From an uncultured Gemmatimonadales bacterium (lineage in GTDB: Bacteria > Gemmatimonadota > Gemmatimonadetes > Gemmatimonadales > Gemmatimonadaceae), in NCBI GenBank assembly GCA_963851265.1, contig CAWKNZ010000001.1, forward strand, positions 32,001-96,000: DNA of 64,000 nucleotides, in the 5' to 3' direction. The notes below the pieces were generated by a model that had not been told where the DNA came from, did no database searches, and saw only the letters and a list, made by a program, of their open reading frames with translations. Shown one piece after another: positions 44,538 to 52,937 of the stretch. Made by a program: the position numbers and the translations under genes. The first letter of the stretch is position 1. The number at the start of each line of letters is the position of its first letter.

Positions 44538-44610
44538 CGGACCGCCTCGCACCGCCCCGCCGCACGACCGGCCCCACGCTCCGGCCCGCCCGGTATTACA
44601 ATCCCCCCCG

Positions 44611-45234
44611 ATGGCCGTCCCCGGATACTCCGACCGCGTCAACCACGCGCTCGCCTTCGCCGCGAAGCACCACGACCGCGAGGTGCGCAAGGGCACGCGG
44701 GCGCCCTACTTCACCGCGCCGGCCAACGTGGCCGTGATCCTCACGCGCTACGATTGCGACGAGGACACCGTCGTGGCCGGGGTGCTGCGCCACGCGGTCG
44801 AGGACATGCTGCGCGACGGGGCGAGCGAGGACGGCGTGCACGAGCGCCTGGCCGACAAGTTCGGCCCCGACGCGGTGGAGGCGGTGCTGCACGTGGCCCG
44901 CCGCCGCTTCGACGACGACGGCGTCGAGCTGTCGCACGAGGAGCAGAAGCACGACACGCTCGACCGCCTCGCCAGCGCGTCGGACGCGGCGCGGTGGGCC
45001 TTCGCCGCACACGAGGTGCACGACGCGGCCACCCTCCTCGCCGACCTGCGGCGCACGAGCTTTCCCGACTCGGTATGGCAGCGCGTCGCCGAAGGGCCGG
45101 TCGGGCGAGTCCGCTGGTACCACGACGCCGCGGCACGCCTCGCCGCCGTCGGATTCCACGCCGGCATCATCGACGAGTTGCGCGGCGCCGCCGCAGCCCT
45201 CGACGGCAGCGCGCCCGCGTCGATGGCCCGATAG
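44611..45234 (+). CDS. Small alarmone-hydrolase-like HD protein with degenerate metal motif
   Basis: 'ALAFAAKHH..VRKG..APY' and 'VAGVLRHAVED...KFG' match the RelA/SpoT HD fold. Confidence 0.7.
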   Translation: MAVPGYSDRVNHALAFAAKHHDREVRKGTRAPYFTAPANVAVILTRYDCDEDTVVAGVLRHAVEDMLRDGASEDGVHERLADKFGPDAVEAVLHVARRRFDDDGVELSHEEQKHDTLDRLASASDAARWAFAAHEVHDAATLLADLRRTSFPDSVWQRVAEGPVGRVRWYHDAAARLAAVGFHAGIIDELRGAAAALDGSAPASMAR

Positions 45235-45261
45235 CCGGGTCGACGCACGAAACACGAGAGG

Positions 45262-45287
45262 CGGGGGGCCCGGTGACGGGCCCCCCG
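45262..45287. terminator. GC-rich hairpin, probable terminator
   Basis: 11-bp stem cggggggcccg/cgggccccccg downstream of the HD gene. Confidence 0.55.
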
Positions 45288-45317
45288 TCGTGCGTCCGGG
45301 CTGGCAATCTCGACCAT

Positions 45318-45345
45318 TCAAGTCTGACTGCGGTCGTGCCGATAA
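45318..45345 (+). promoter_or_regulatory. sigma28 (FliA/WhiG)-like promoter
   Basis: TCAAG-N15-GCCGATAA; both boxes conserved in copy 2 while the spacer differs. Confidence 0.6.
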
Positions 45346-45476
45346 CGGAGCCCGAGGCGCTCGCCACCTCCGGCTCCGCACCTCGCTCCACTCCGCTTTC
45401 ACAGCAAAGACGCATATGTCGCCACGTCGCAACAGCAGCCCCCGGCTGCCGCGCGCGCGCCACATCGCCCGCGTCG
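45318..45476 (+). repeat. Duplicated leader block, copy 1 (promoter + uORF start)
   Basis: Colinear with 51257-51415; both have 98 nt from TCAAG to ATG. Confidence 0.85.
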
Positions 45477-45532
45477 GCCCGGCGCTCGGCCCCGCCGCCC
45501 GCGCCGGCACCCCCGCACCCCGGATCGGCTGA
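45416..45532 (+). CDS. Putative 38-aa leader peptide (uORF 1)
   Basis: MSPRRNSSPRLPRARHIARVGPALGPAARAGTPAPRIG; its TGA overlaps the next ATG. Confidence 0.45.
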   Translation: MSPRRNSSPRLPRARHIARVGPALGPAARAGTPAPRIG

Positions 45533-46221
45533 TGCCCCTCGCCTTAACCTCGTTCCGCCGCGGCCTGCGCGCCGCCACGCCCGCGATCGCCCTCGGCACC
45601 GCAGCCCTCACCGCGGCGCTCGCGGCCTGCTCCGACAGCAACAGCCCGACTGGCCCGGTCGTCGCGAGCGCCCGCACGCCGCAGCCCGTTGGGCCCGCGT
45701 ATGCGACCGCGAGCACGGCGGCCTCCCAGGTGCTCAGCCAGACCCAGAGCGGCGACACCACGGTCACGACCCTGCAGCTCGGCACGAGCACCGGCCAGCT
45801 GGTCGCGCAGATCGGGAACGCGAGCAAGATCGTCTTCCCGTACGCCGCCGCTTCGGTGTGTGACCCGGCGAGCTCGAGCTATGGCATCGGCACGTGGAAC
45901 AGCCCGTGTACCGCCGCCACGACCCCGATCCAGATCACGGCTAAGACGTGGGTCGACCCGGAGACCGGCAAGACCCGGAGCAGCTTCTCGCCGGCGCTCC
46001 GCTTCGTGCCCGGGCTCAAGAGCAGCGGTCACGCTCTACCTCCACGACCCGAACCAGCGTCGCGAGGCGACGCGATCTGGTACTGTCCCGACGGCGCGCT
46101 CACGTTGCGTGGACGAGGCGAGCGCGGACCCGAGCGTGGCCACCCAGTACGGCAGCAGTAGCCAGCGGGTCTACGCGCGGCCATCAAGCACTTCTCCGGC
46201 TACACCGTCGTCGTCAACTGA
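45532..46221 (+). pseudogene. HFSGY-terminated lipoprotein 1, multiply frameshifted (sequence error or decay)
   Basis: Lipobox LAAC. Similarity to 52089-52829 alternates between two frames over 46020-46185 and ends IKHFSGYTVVVN-stop. Confidence 0.7.
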
Positions 46222-46225
46222 CGGC

Positions 46226-46293
46226 GCGCGGACGGACGCGATCGGGGGCAGTCGGGCAGATGCCCGACTGCCCCCGATCGCGTCCGTCCGCGC
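46226..46293. repeat. Perfect 33-bp inverted repeat with 2-nt spacer
   Basis: gcgcggacggacgcgatcgggggcagtcgggca-ga-tgcccgactgcccccgatcgcgtccgtccgcgc. Confidence 0.9.
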
Positions 46294-46419
46294 CGCACGA
46301 AGCCCGTCTCGCCCCGCGGTGCCGGGCGATGTCACGCCCGGCCGACATACCCGTCCTATCGACGGCCACCGAGTGGCCTCTCGATTCGCACGCCCGTTCC
46401 CGCCGTCCCTGGTCCGCGC

Positions 46420-49400
46420 ATGTCCGCGCTCGCGCATCCCGCGCCCCGCCCCGCACACCTCCGCCTCGTGCCGGCTCACGCCGACGCGCTGCAGACGCGC
46501 GTCGCCGAACTGGTAGCGAGGGGGCAGGAGGCCGAGCGGCAGGGGCATCGGGCCGCCGCCCGCGCGAGCTTCGAACAGGCGCTGCACGCGCTCGACGACG
46601 CGGCGACGGCGCGCGAGCACGCGTCGGCCATCGTGCGCATGATCGCGCGCACCTGCCAGATGGATTCCGAGCCGGACGCCGCGCTCGACTGCCTCGAACT
46701 CGCGCTGGCGATCGCCGAAGCCTGGGCCGACGGAACGGGCATCGGCCACGCCATCAACGGGCAGGCGATCGTGAACTGGCAGACGGGGCGCCTCGATGAG
46801 GCGGAGCGCCTGTACCTGCTCGCGCGCACGCGCGCCCTGCAGAGCGGCGACGCGAAGCTCGCGGCGATGACCGCACAGAACCTCGGCGTCCTCGCGAACG
46901 CGCGCGGCGACTACGAGGTCGCCCAGCGCCACTACGAGCGGAGCCTCGCCGAGTACCGCGTGCTCGGCCTCACGCACGACGTGGCCGTCGCGCTCAACAA
47001 CCTGGGACGGCTGCACACCGCGCGCGGGCAGTGGAAGGCGGCGGAGCAGGTGCTCGTCGAGGCCGCCGAGATCTGCGACCTCGCGGGCGACGTTGCCACA
47101 CGCATCGCGGTCGACGCGAACGTGGCGGAGATGTGGGTCGCGCAGGGCGCGTTCGACCGCGCGCAGGCCGCGGTCACCCGCGCGATCGAAGGTGCGACGA
47201 ACGTCGGGGACACGTCGGTCCTGGGGCAGGCGGACAAACTGCTCGGGATCATCGCGCGCGAGGCGGGCGAGTTCGTGACCGCCGAACGGTATTTCGTACA
47301 TGCCGACGAGGTGGCGAGGGCGCGCCAGGACGTGCTGCTCCAGGCGGAGATCGCCCGCGAGCGCGGGGACCTGGCGCAGCGCGTCGGGAAGAACCGCGAC
47401 GTGCTGCAGCACCTCAATCGCTCGCACCGGCTGTTCACCGAGTTGCGCGCGGGCGCCGACGTGGCCGACATCGACCGGCGGCTCGGCGGGCTCGAGGCGC
47501 AGTTCCTCGAGGTCGCGCGCCGGTGGGGCGAGTCGATCGAGTCGAAGGACTGCTACACCCAGGGGCACTGCCAGCGCGTGGCCGACCTCGCGTGCCTCCT
47601 CGCCGAGCACGCGGGGGCCGACCACGGCTTCGACGCGCAGGCCATGTTCTGGTTCCGGATCGGGGCGCTGCTGCACGACGTCGGCAAGCTGATGATTCCG
47701 CCCGAGGTGCTCAACAAGCCGGGCAAGCTGACCGACGAAGAGTGGATCCTGATGCGGAGCCACACGACCGCGGGGGTGGCGATCCTCGCCGACATCGAAT
47801 TCCCCTGGGACGTCCGCCCGATCATCGAGTCGCACCACGAGCGGTGGGACGGGCGCGGATACCCGAACCGCCTCGTCGGCGAGGCCATCCCGCTCACCGC
47901 GCGCATTCTGTGCGTGGCCGACGTCTACGACGCGCTCACCTCGGTCCGGTCGTACAAGCGCGCCCTGACGCACGACGAGGCCGTGGGCATCATGCGCCGC
48001 GACGTCGGGACCATGTTCGACCCGCAGGTGTTTGCCTGGTTCGAGGAGATCGCCGCCGAGTGGGCGGGGCGCGTCGCCGCACCCGACGCGTCGCCGCCTG
48101 CCGCCGCCGCACCGGCGGTCGCGCCGCCCGCAGCGCCGGCGTCCGAAACCGGGACGTCGTCGGTGAGCGAGTCGGAAGCCCCCGCGCGCGCCGACGTGCC
48201 CGACGACCTCACCGGGCTGCCGCTCCGGCGAGCGTTCCGCGATACCGCCGAACGCATCCTCGCCGCGCGGCGGACCACCGGCCGGCCGGTGTCGCTGCTC
48301 GTCATCGACGTCGACCACTTCAAGCTCGTCAACGACACCTTCGGGCACCTGCAGGGCGACGACATCCTGCGGGCCGTGGCCGACCAGATCCGAGCCAGCA
48401 CCCGCCCGGTCGACTACCCGGCACGGTACGCGGGCGACGAGTTCGTGGTGCTCCTGCCCGGGACACGGCTCGACGAGGCACGGGCCGTGGCCGAGCGGAT
48501 CCGGTCGGCGGTCGCGCGTGCGACCTGTCCGCGGCGCGACGGACCGGGCGTGGTCTCGGTGACGCTGTCGATCGGTGTCGCGACCCTCCCGCAGCACGGC
48601 GAGACCCTCGAAGCCCTGTTCGCGGCGTCCGATGCGGCGCTCTACGACGCCAAGCGCGCCGGCCGGAATGCCGTGAGCGCGGGGTCGGCCGACGCCGACC
48701 GGCGCCGTGACCTGATGCTTGAGTGCTTCGTGGGGCGTGTGGCCGAGCGTGCCCACCTGCGCGAGCGCCTCGACGCGGCCGCCCAGGGCCGCCCGCACGT
48801 GGTCGCCGTGTGCGGCGAGGCGGGCGTCGGCAAGTCGACGCTGGTCAAGCAGCTCGCACCCGACGTCGGCATTCGCTCCGGCTCGCTCATCACCGGGCGG
48901 TGCGTCGACACCGACCTGCGCGCGCCGTACGCGCCCTGGGTGGACGCGGTGCTCGGCGTGCTCCGTGCCGGCATCGCCCCCCGGCATGCGTGGCGCGAGC
49001 TGACGCGCCTCGTCCCCGAGCTGGTCGGCGGTGCGGACGCGTCCCGTCGCGAGACGGGTTCGCCGCACGCGCTGCTCGAGGAACTCGACCTCTTCTTCCG
49101 CCTCGCGTCGGAGATCCGACCCATAGTCGTCGTGCTCGACGACATGCAGTGGGCGGACACTGCCAGCTGGAGCGCGCTCGAGTACCTCGTCGGCCGGTTC
49201 GACACGCAGCGGCTGCTGATCTGCCTCACCATCCGCGCCGAGGACCTCGACGATGCGGGCGACGCACGCCGCCGCCGGCTCTCGCGCGCCGACGTCTATA
49301 CCGAGATCTCGCTCCCCCGGCTCACCGAGGCGGACCTCGCGCTGTGGCTGCGGACGGCCCTCGGAGGCCAGGAGCCCGAGCCTGCGCTCCTCGCCTACCT

Positions 49401-51240
49401 CGTCGCGCAGAGCGAGGGGAACTCGTTCTTCGCGCTGCAGACGCTCCGCGCGCTCGCCGACGACGAGCGCCTGACGTTCGTCGACGGGCGCTGGACGTTC
49501 GATGCCGCGGCCGACGGCTCCATGCCGCGCGCGATCCACGATCTGCTCGCGCGCCGGGTCGCTCGGCTCGACCGACCCTGCCGCGACGCCCTCGCGGTCG
49601 CGGCCGTCCTCGGACGCGAGTTCGACCCGGAGACCCTGGTCGCGGCGTGCGAGGGGAACGAGGCCGGGGTACTCGACGCCCTCGATGCCGGGATGGAGGC
49701 CGCGGTGCTGGTCCCGTCCGAGATCTCGCCGACGGCCGTCGCGTTCGCGCACACGCTCCTCACGCGCGTGCTGCAGGACGGGATCAACCCGCTGCGCCTG
49801 CGTCGCATTCACGAGCGCGTGGGGCGTGCGCTGGAGTCGCGCGGCGGGCACGCGCCGGCCCAGGTCGCGCTGCACTTCGACCGCGCGGGGTGTGCCGAGG
49901 ACGCCTACCGGACGGCCATGAACGCCGGCGCGCGCGCGGCCGACCTGTACGCGTACGAGACGGCGGCGGACCTCTTCGAGATGGCACTCCGGCACGCGCG
50001 CACGCTGCGCGAGACGGCCGACGTCGAGTGGCGCACCGCGCAGATCGCCGAGATCCGCGGCCGCTACGCCGACGCGGAACGTGCGTGCGACGCCGTCCTC
50101 ACCACGTTCGCCAGCGGGGCGGCGGAGATCGGGATCCTGCGTGCGGCGCGCCGCATGCGCGAGCGACTCCGCCTTCAGCGAGGGGCGTCGGCGAGCCAGG
50201 TCGCCGAGACGTGTACCGAACTGCTCGCCGAGGCGCGCGCGGCCGGTGCCGACGAGGAGATCGTCCCGCTCCTGATCATGATCTCGACGGCGCACGGGCG
50301 GCGCGGCGACGGGTCCGAAGCGGCGCGAATCGCCCGCGACGCGAACGACGAGGCCGAGCGGCTCCGCAGCCTCCCGCTCCAGGCGGACGCCGCGATGCGG
50401 CTCGGGTCGACGGTCCTCGAGATCAGTCCCGCCGACGCCGTCCCGCACTACCGGCGGGCGCTCGACATCTTCACGCGCCTCGACAACCGGTACGGGCAGC
50501 TGCGCGCACAGATCAACATCGGCGTGGCCTGCGACCGGGCGGGGAACAGCCCGGGGGCGGAGGTCTCGTACGCGACCGCGCTGTCGATCGGGCGCGACAT
50601 CCGCGCGACGGACCTCACCGGCATCGCGTCGCTCAACCTCGGCGTGCTCCTGCTCAAGACTGGCCGGTTCGACGGCGCACGGGAGCGCTTCGAGGAGGCG
50701 CGACAGCTCTTCGTGACGATCGCGAACGAGCCGTACCGACTGGCCGCGCTGTACAACCTCGCGAACGTCGCCCGCGAGTGCGGCGACGCGGCCGGCGCGC
50801 TCGAGCTGTACGGCGCGGCCATCTCGCTCGCCGAGTCGTTGGGTCACGCCGACGTGCACGCCGGCGCCCTCGCCGGCGCCGGATTGGCCGAACTCGACCT
50901 CGGCGCGATGCGCGGCGCGCGCGTGCACCACGACGCCGTGCGCGCGCTCGTCGACGGGCGGACGGACGCGTGGTTCGAGGGGCGCGAGCTGTGCGAGGCG
51001 CTCGACGTCCGGCTCGCCGCGCAGGATGGGTCGGAGTCCGAGGCGGTCGCCCGACTGCTCGACGCGCTCGACCGCGCGGAGCTGCACAACCAGTACGCCG
51101 CCATCTGGCTCGGGGCCGAGTGCGCGGCCGTGCTCCGGAGCGCGGGACGCGTGGCCGAAGTCACGCTGCACCGGTTCCTCGTGCACGCGCGCGCCCTCGG
51201 CTACGACCCGCTCGTCACGCGACTGCGCGCGGACGGTTAG
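46420..51240 (+). CDS. TPR / HD-GYP / GGDEF / AAA (STAND-like) / TPR multidomain signalling protein
   Basis: TPR-like 'AQNLGVL','LNNLGRL'; 'LLHDVGK...HHERWDGRGYP'; 'DVDHFKLVNDTFGH..GD...RYAGDEF'; 'GEAGVGKS','VLDDMQWAD'; C-terminal TPR-like repeats. Confidence 0.92.
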   Translation: MSALAHPAPRPAHLRLVPAHADALQTRVAELVARGQEAERQGHRAAARASFEQALHALDDAATAREHASAIVRMIARTCQMDSEPDAALDCLELALAIAEAWADGTGIGHAINGQAIVNWQTGRLDEAERLYLLARTRALQSGDAKLAAMTAQNLGVLANARGDYEVAQRHYERSLAEYRVLGLTHDVAVALNNLGRLHTARGQWKAAEQVLVEAAEICDLAGDVATRIAVDANVAEMWVAQGAFDRAQAAVTRAIEGATNVGDTSVLGQADKLLGIIAREAGEFVTAERYFVHADEVARARQDVLLQAEIARERGDLAQRVGKNRDVLQHLNRSHRLFTELRAGADVADIDRRLGGLEAQFLEVARRWGESIESKDCYTQGHCQRVADLACLLAEHAGADHGFDAQAMFWFRIGALLHDVGKLMIPPEVLNKPGKLTDEEWILMRSHTTAGVAILADIEFPWDVRPIIESHHERWDGRGYPNRLVGEAIPLTARILCVADVYDALTSVRSYKRALTHDEAVGIMRRDVGTMFDPQVFAWFEEIAAEWAGRVAAPDASPPAAAAPAVAPPAAPASETGTSSVSESEAPARADVPDDLTGLPLRRAFRDTAERILAARRTTGRPVSLLVIDVDHFKLVNDTFGHLQGDDILRAVADQIRASTRPVDYPARYAGDEFVVLLPGTRLDEARAVAERIRSAVARATCPRRDGPGVVSVTLSIGVATLPQHGETLEALFAASDAALYDAKRAGRNAVSAGSADADRRRDLMLECFVGRVAERAHLRERLDAAAQGRPHVVAVCGEAGVGKSTLVKQLAPDVGIRSGSLITGRCVDTDLRAPYAPWVDAVLGVLRAGIAPRHAWRELTRLVPELVGGADASRRETGSPHALLEELDLFFRLASEIRPIVVVLDDMQWADTASWSALEYLVGRFDTQRLLICLTIRAEDLDDAGDARRRRLSRADVYTEISLPRLTEADLALWLRTALGGQEPEPALLAYLVAQSEGNSFFALQTLRALADDERLTFVDGRWTFDAAADGSMPRAIHDLLARRVARLDRPCRDALAVAAVLGREFDPETLVAACEGNEAGVLDALDAGMEAAVLVPSEISPTAVAFAHTLLTRVLQDGINPLRLRRIHERVGRALESRGGHAPAQVALHFDRAGCAEDAYRTAMNAGARAADLYAYETAADLFEMALRHARTLRETADVEWRTAQIAEIRGRYADAERACDAVLTTFASGAAEIGILRAARRMRERLRLQRGASASQVAETCTELLAEARAAGADEEIVPLLIMISTAHGRRGDGSEAARIARDANDEAERLRSLPLQADAAMRLGSTVLEISPADAVPHYRRALDIFTRLDNRYGQLRAQINIGVACDRAGNSPGAEVSYATALSIGRDIRATDLTGIASLNLGVLLLKTGRFDGARERFEEARQLFVTIANEPYRLAALYNLANVARECGDAAGALELYGAAISLAESLGHADVHAGALAGAGLAELDLGAMRGARVHHDAVRALVDGRTDAWFEGRELCEALDVRLAAQDGSESEAVARLLDALDRAELHNQYAAIWLGAECAAVLRSAGRVAEVTLHRFLVHARALGYDPLVTRLRADG

Positions 51241-51256
51241 GCGGTCAGGCGCGCGC

Positions 51257-51415
51257 TCAAGTCGCGCCGGGCTGTTGCCGATACTCCGGCCCGAGGGCGT
51301 CGCCACCTCCGGCGCCGCGCCTCGACCCACCCCGCTTCCACAGCAACGACGCATATGTCGCCACGCCGCAACAGCAGCCCCCGGCTGCCGCGCCTGCGCC
51401 ACATCGCCCGCGTCC
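51257..51415 (+). repeat. Duplicated leader block, copy 2 (sigma28-like promoter at 51257-51283 + uORF start)
   Basis: TCAAG-N15-GCCGATA, then a block nearly identical to 45350-45476. Confidence 0.85.
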
Positions 51416-51471
51416 CCTCGGCGGCAGGCCCCGCCGGTGGCGCGGTCTTCACGTTCACCTTGAGCATCTGA
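51355..51471 (+). CDS. Putative 38-aa leader peptide (uORF 2)
   Basis: MSPRRNSSPRLPRLRHIARVPSAAGPAGGAVFTFTLSI; stops 3 nt before the next ATG. Confidence 0.45.
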   Translation: MSPRRNSSPRLPRLRHIARVPSAAGPAGGAVFTFTLSI

Positions 51472-51474
51472 CTA

Positions 51475-52089
51475 ATGCGCCACCTCACATCATTCCGCCG
51501 CGCCGTGCACGTCGCGACGCCCGCGCTCGCCCTCGGCACGGCCGTCGTCACGGCCGCCCTCGCCGCCTGCTCCGACACCCCGACCGGGCCGGCCACTCCG
51601 AACGCGGCCGAAGCCGCGTTCCATCCGGGCCTGCACGCGAACGTGTCCTCGAGTCCGATGGCGGTCACGCCCGTCAAGCGGACGCAGCGTGTCGCGCAGG
51701 ACTCGGTCGTCACCTTCACCGTGCAGCCCGGCGGGACGACGTTCCGCGGCCCGGACGCCTCGATCAGCTTCCCGGCCGGGTTCGTGACCAAGCCGACGCA
51801 GTTCACGGCCACCCGCAAGGGTGGCAGCGCCCTCGCCTACGACTTCCAGCCCTCGGGCACCTTCACGAAGCCGGTGACGGTCACGTTCACGCTCGCAGGG
51901 GCGGCGATCCCGGCCGGCGCGAATCTCTCGGCGCTGCAGGGCGCCTACGTGCAGGATTGGAGTCAGGTCAGCGACTCCACGGCTGCGGTCAGCGAACTCG
52001 AGCCCACCACGGTCGACCCGAAGTCGGGCACGGTGACGATGACCCTCTCGCACTTCTCCGGCTACCTCGTCTCGTGGGGGCGGCGCTAA
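51475..52089 (+). CDS. HFSGY-terminated lipoprotein 2 (ZU5-like)
   Basis: Lipobox LAAC; 'GG...ISFPAG...FQPSGTFTKPVTVTF' is ZU5-like; ends LSHFSGYLVSWGRR. Confidence 0.8.
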   Translation: MRHLTSFRRAVHVATPALALGTAVVTAALAACSDTPTGPATPNAAEAAFHPGLHANVSSSPMAVTPVKRTQRVAQDSVVTFTVQPGGTTFRGPDASISFPAGFVTKPTQFTATRKGGSALAYDFQPSGTFTKPVTVTFTLAGAAIPAGANLSALQGAYVQDWSQVSDSTAAVSELEPTTVDPKSGTVTMTLSHFSGYLVSWGRR

Positions 52090-52829
52090 TGCGTAGCACG
52101 TTCGCCCCCCTGCGTTACGCCGTGCGCGCGGCCACGCCCGCGCTCGCCCTCGGCGTCGCCACGCTCACCGCGGTGCTGGCCGCGTGCTCCGATAGCTCCA
52201 CCGGCCCGACGCAGCCCAGCGCGCCGTCGGCGAGTCGTGCGGTCGCTCCGCCGCCCCCCGCGGCGATGCTCGCCGCGCTCTCGCAGGGCGTCCAGGGCGC
52301 GACCACCGGCCCGTCGTTCTCCCGCGTGGCCGAGCAGTCGGCGGTGGCGCACGGCGATACCGCCATCATCACGCTGACCTTCGACCCCACGGTCGCGCAC
52401 ACCGTCGCGTTCAACACGCGCACCAGCCAGAACGGCGTCGCCCTCGCCGCCAACTCGGTGTGCAACCCGGCGACGTCGGGCTACGGGCCACTCCTGTGGG
52501 ACGCGCCGTGCCAGGTGGCGACGAAGCCCTTCACCCTCACCGTCCGGGGCTGGATGGGAACCGATGGCCAGCCGAAGGTCGCGTTCTCGCCGGACATCCG
52601 GTTCGCGCCGTCGGCCACCAACTGGCTCTGGCTGGCGGGACCCGGCGCCGGGTCCGCGAAGGGCGTGATCGCGTGGTGCCCGACGGCCGGCGGCCTGTGC
52701 GTCAACGAGTCCGCGCTCGACGGAAGCGTGATGACCGGCACCGACAAGGGGATCTACTACCGGCGGATCAAGCACTTCTCCGGCTACACCGTGGTGGTGA
52801 ACCGGACCGGGGCGGTCGACGGTCTCTGA
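52089..52829 (+). CDS. HFSGY-terminated lipoprotein 3
   Basis: TAATG coupling to the upstream gene, lipobox LAAC, four further Cys, ends IKHFSGYTVVVNRTGAVDGL. Confidence 0.8.
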   Translation: MRSTFAPLRYAVRAATPALALGVATLTAVLAACSDSSTGPTQPSAPSASRAVAPPPPAAMLAALSQGVQGATTGPSFSRVAEQSAVAHGDTAIITLTFDPTVAHTVAFNTRTSQNGVALAANSVCNPATSGYGPLLWDAPCQVATKPFTLTVRGWMGTDGQPKVAFSPDIRFAPSATNWLWLAGPGAGSAKGVIAWCPTAGGLCVNESALDGSVMTGTDKGIYYRRIKHFSGYTVVVNRTGAVDGL

Positions 52830-52869
52830 CGGGGCGCTCGACCGCTGGGCCTCGATCGTCAGGCACCGA

Positions 52870-52932
52870 GCACGCGGAAACACACGGGGCCGCCGGGCGA
52901 CATGCCCGGCGGCCCCGTGTGTTTCCGCGTGC
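52870..52932. terminator. Perfect 29-bp inverted repeat between convergent genes (bidirectional terminator candidate)
   Basis: gcacgcggaaacacacggggccgccgggc-gacat-gcccggcggccccgtgtgtttccgcgtgc. Confidence 0.8.
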
Positions 52933-52937
52933 GAGCC

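Noticed and set aside
45350..45476. Duplicated leader as a known c-di-GMP riboswitch
   Set aside because: I could not identify GEMM-I/II hallmarks by eye; a covariance-model search is needed.
46171..51402. 1743-aa minus-strand ORF, and similar long ORFs such as 36071-40021, 48723-52088 and 18313-20196
   Set aside because: Antisense or off-frame shadows of real genes in high-GC DNA; Arg/Gly/Ala-rich with no motifs.
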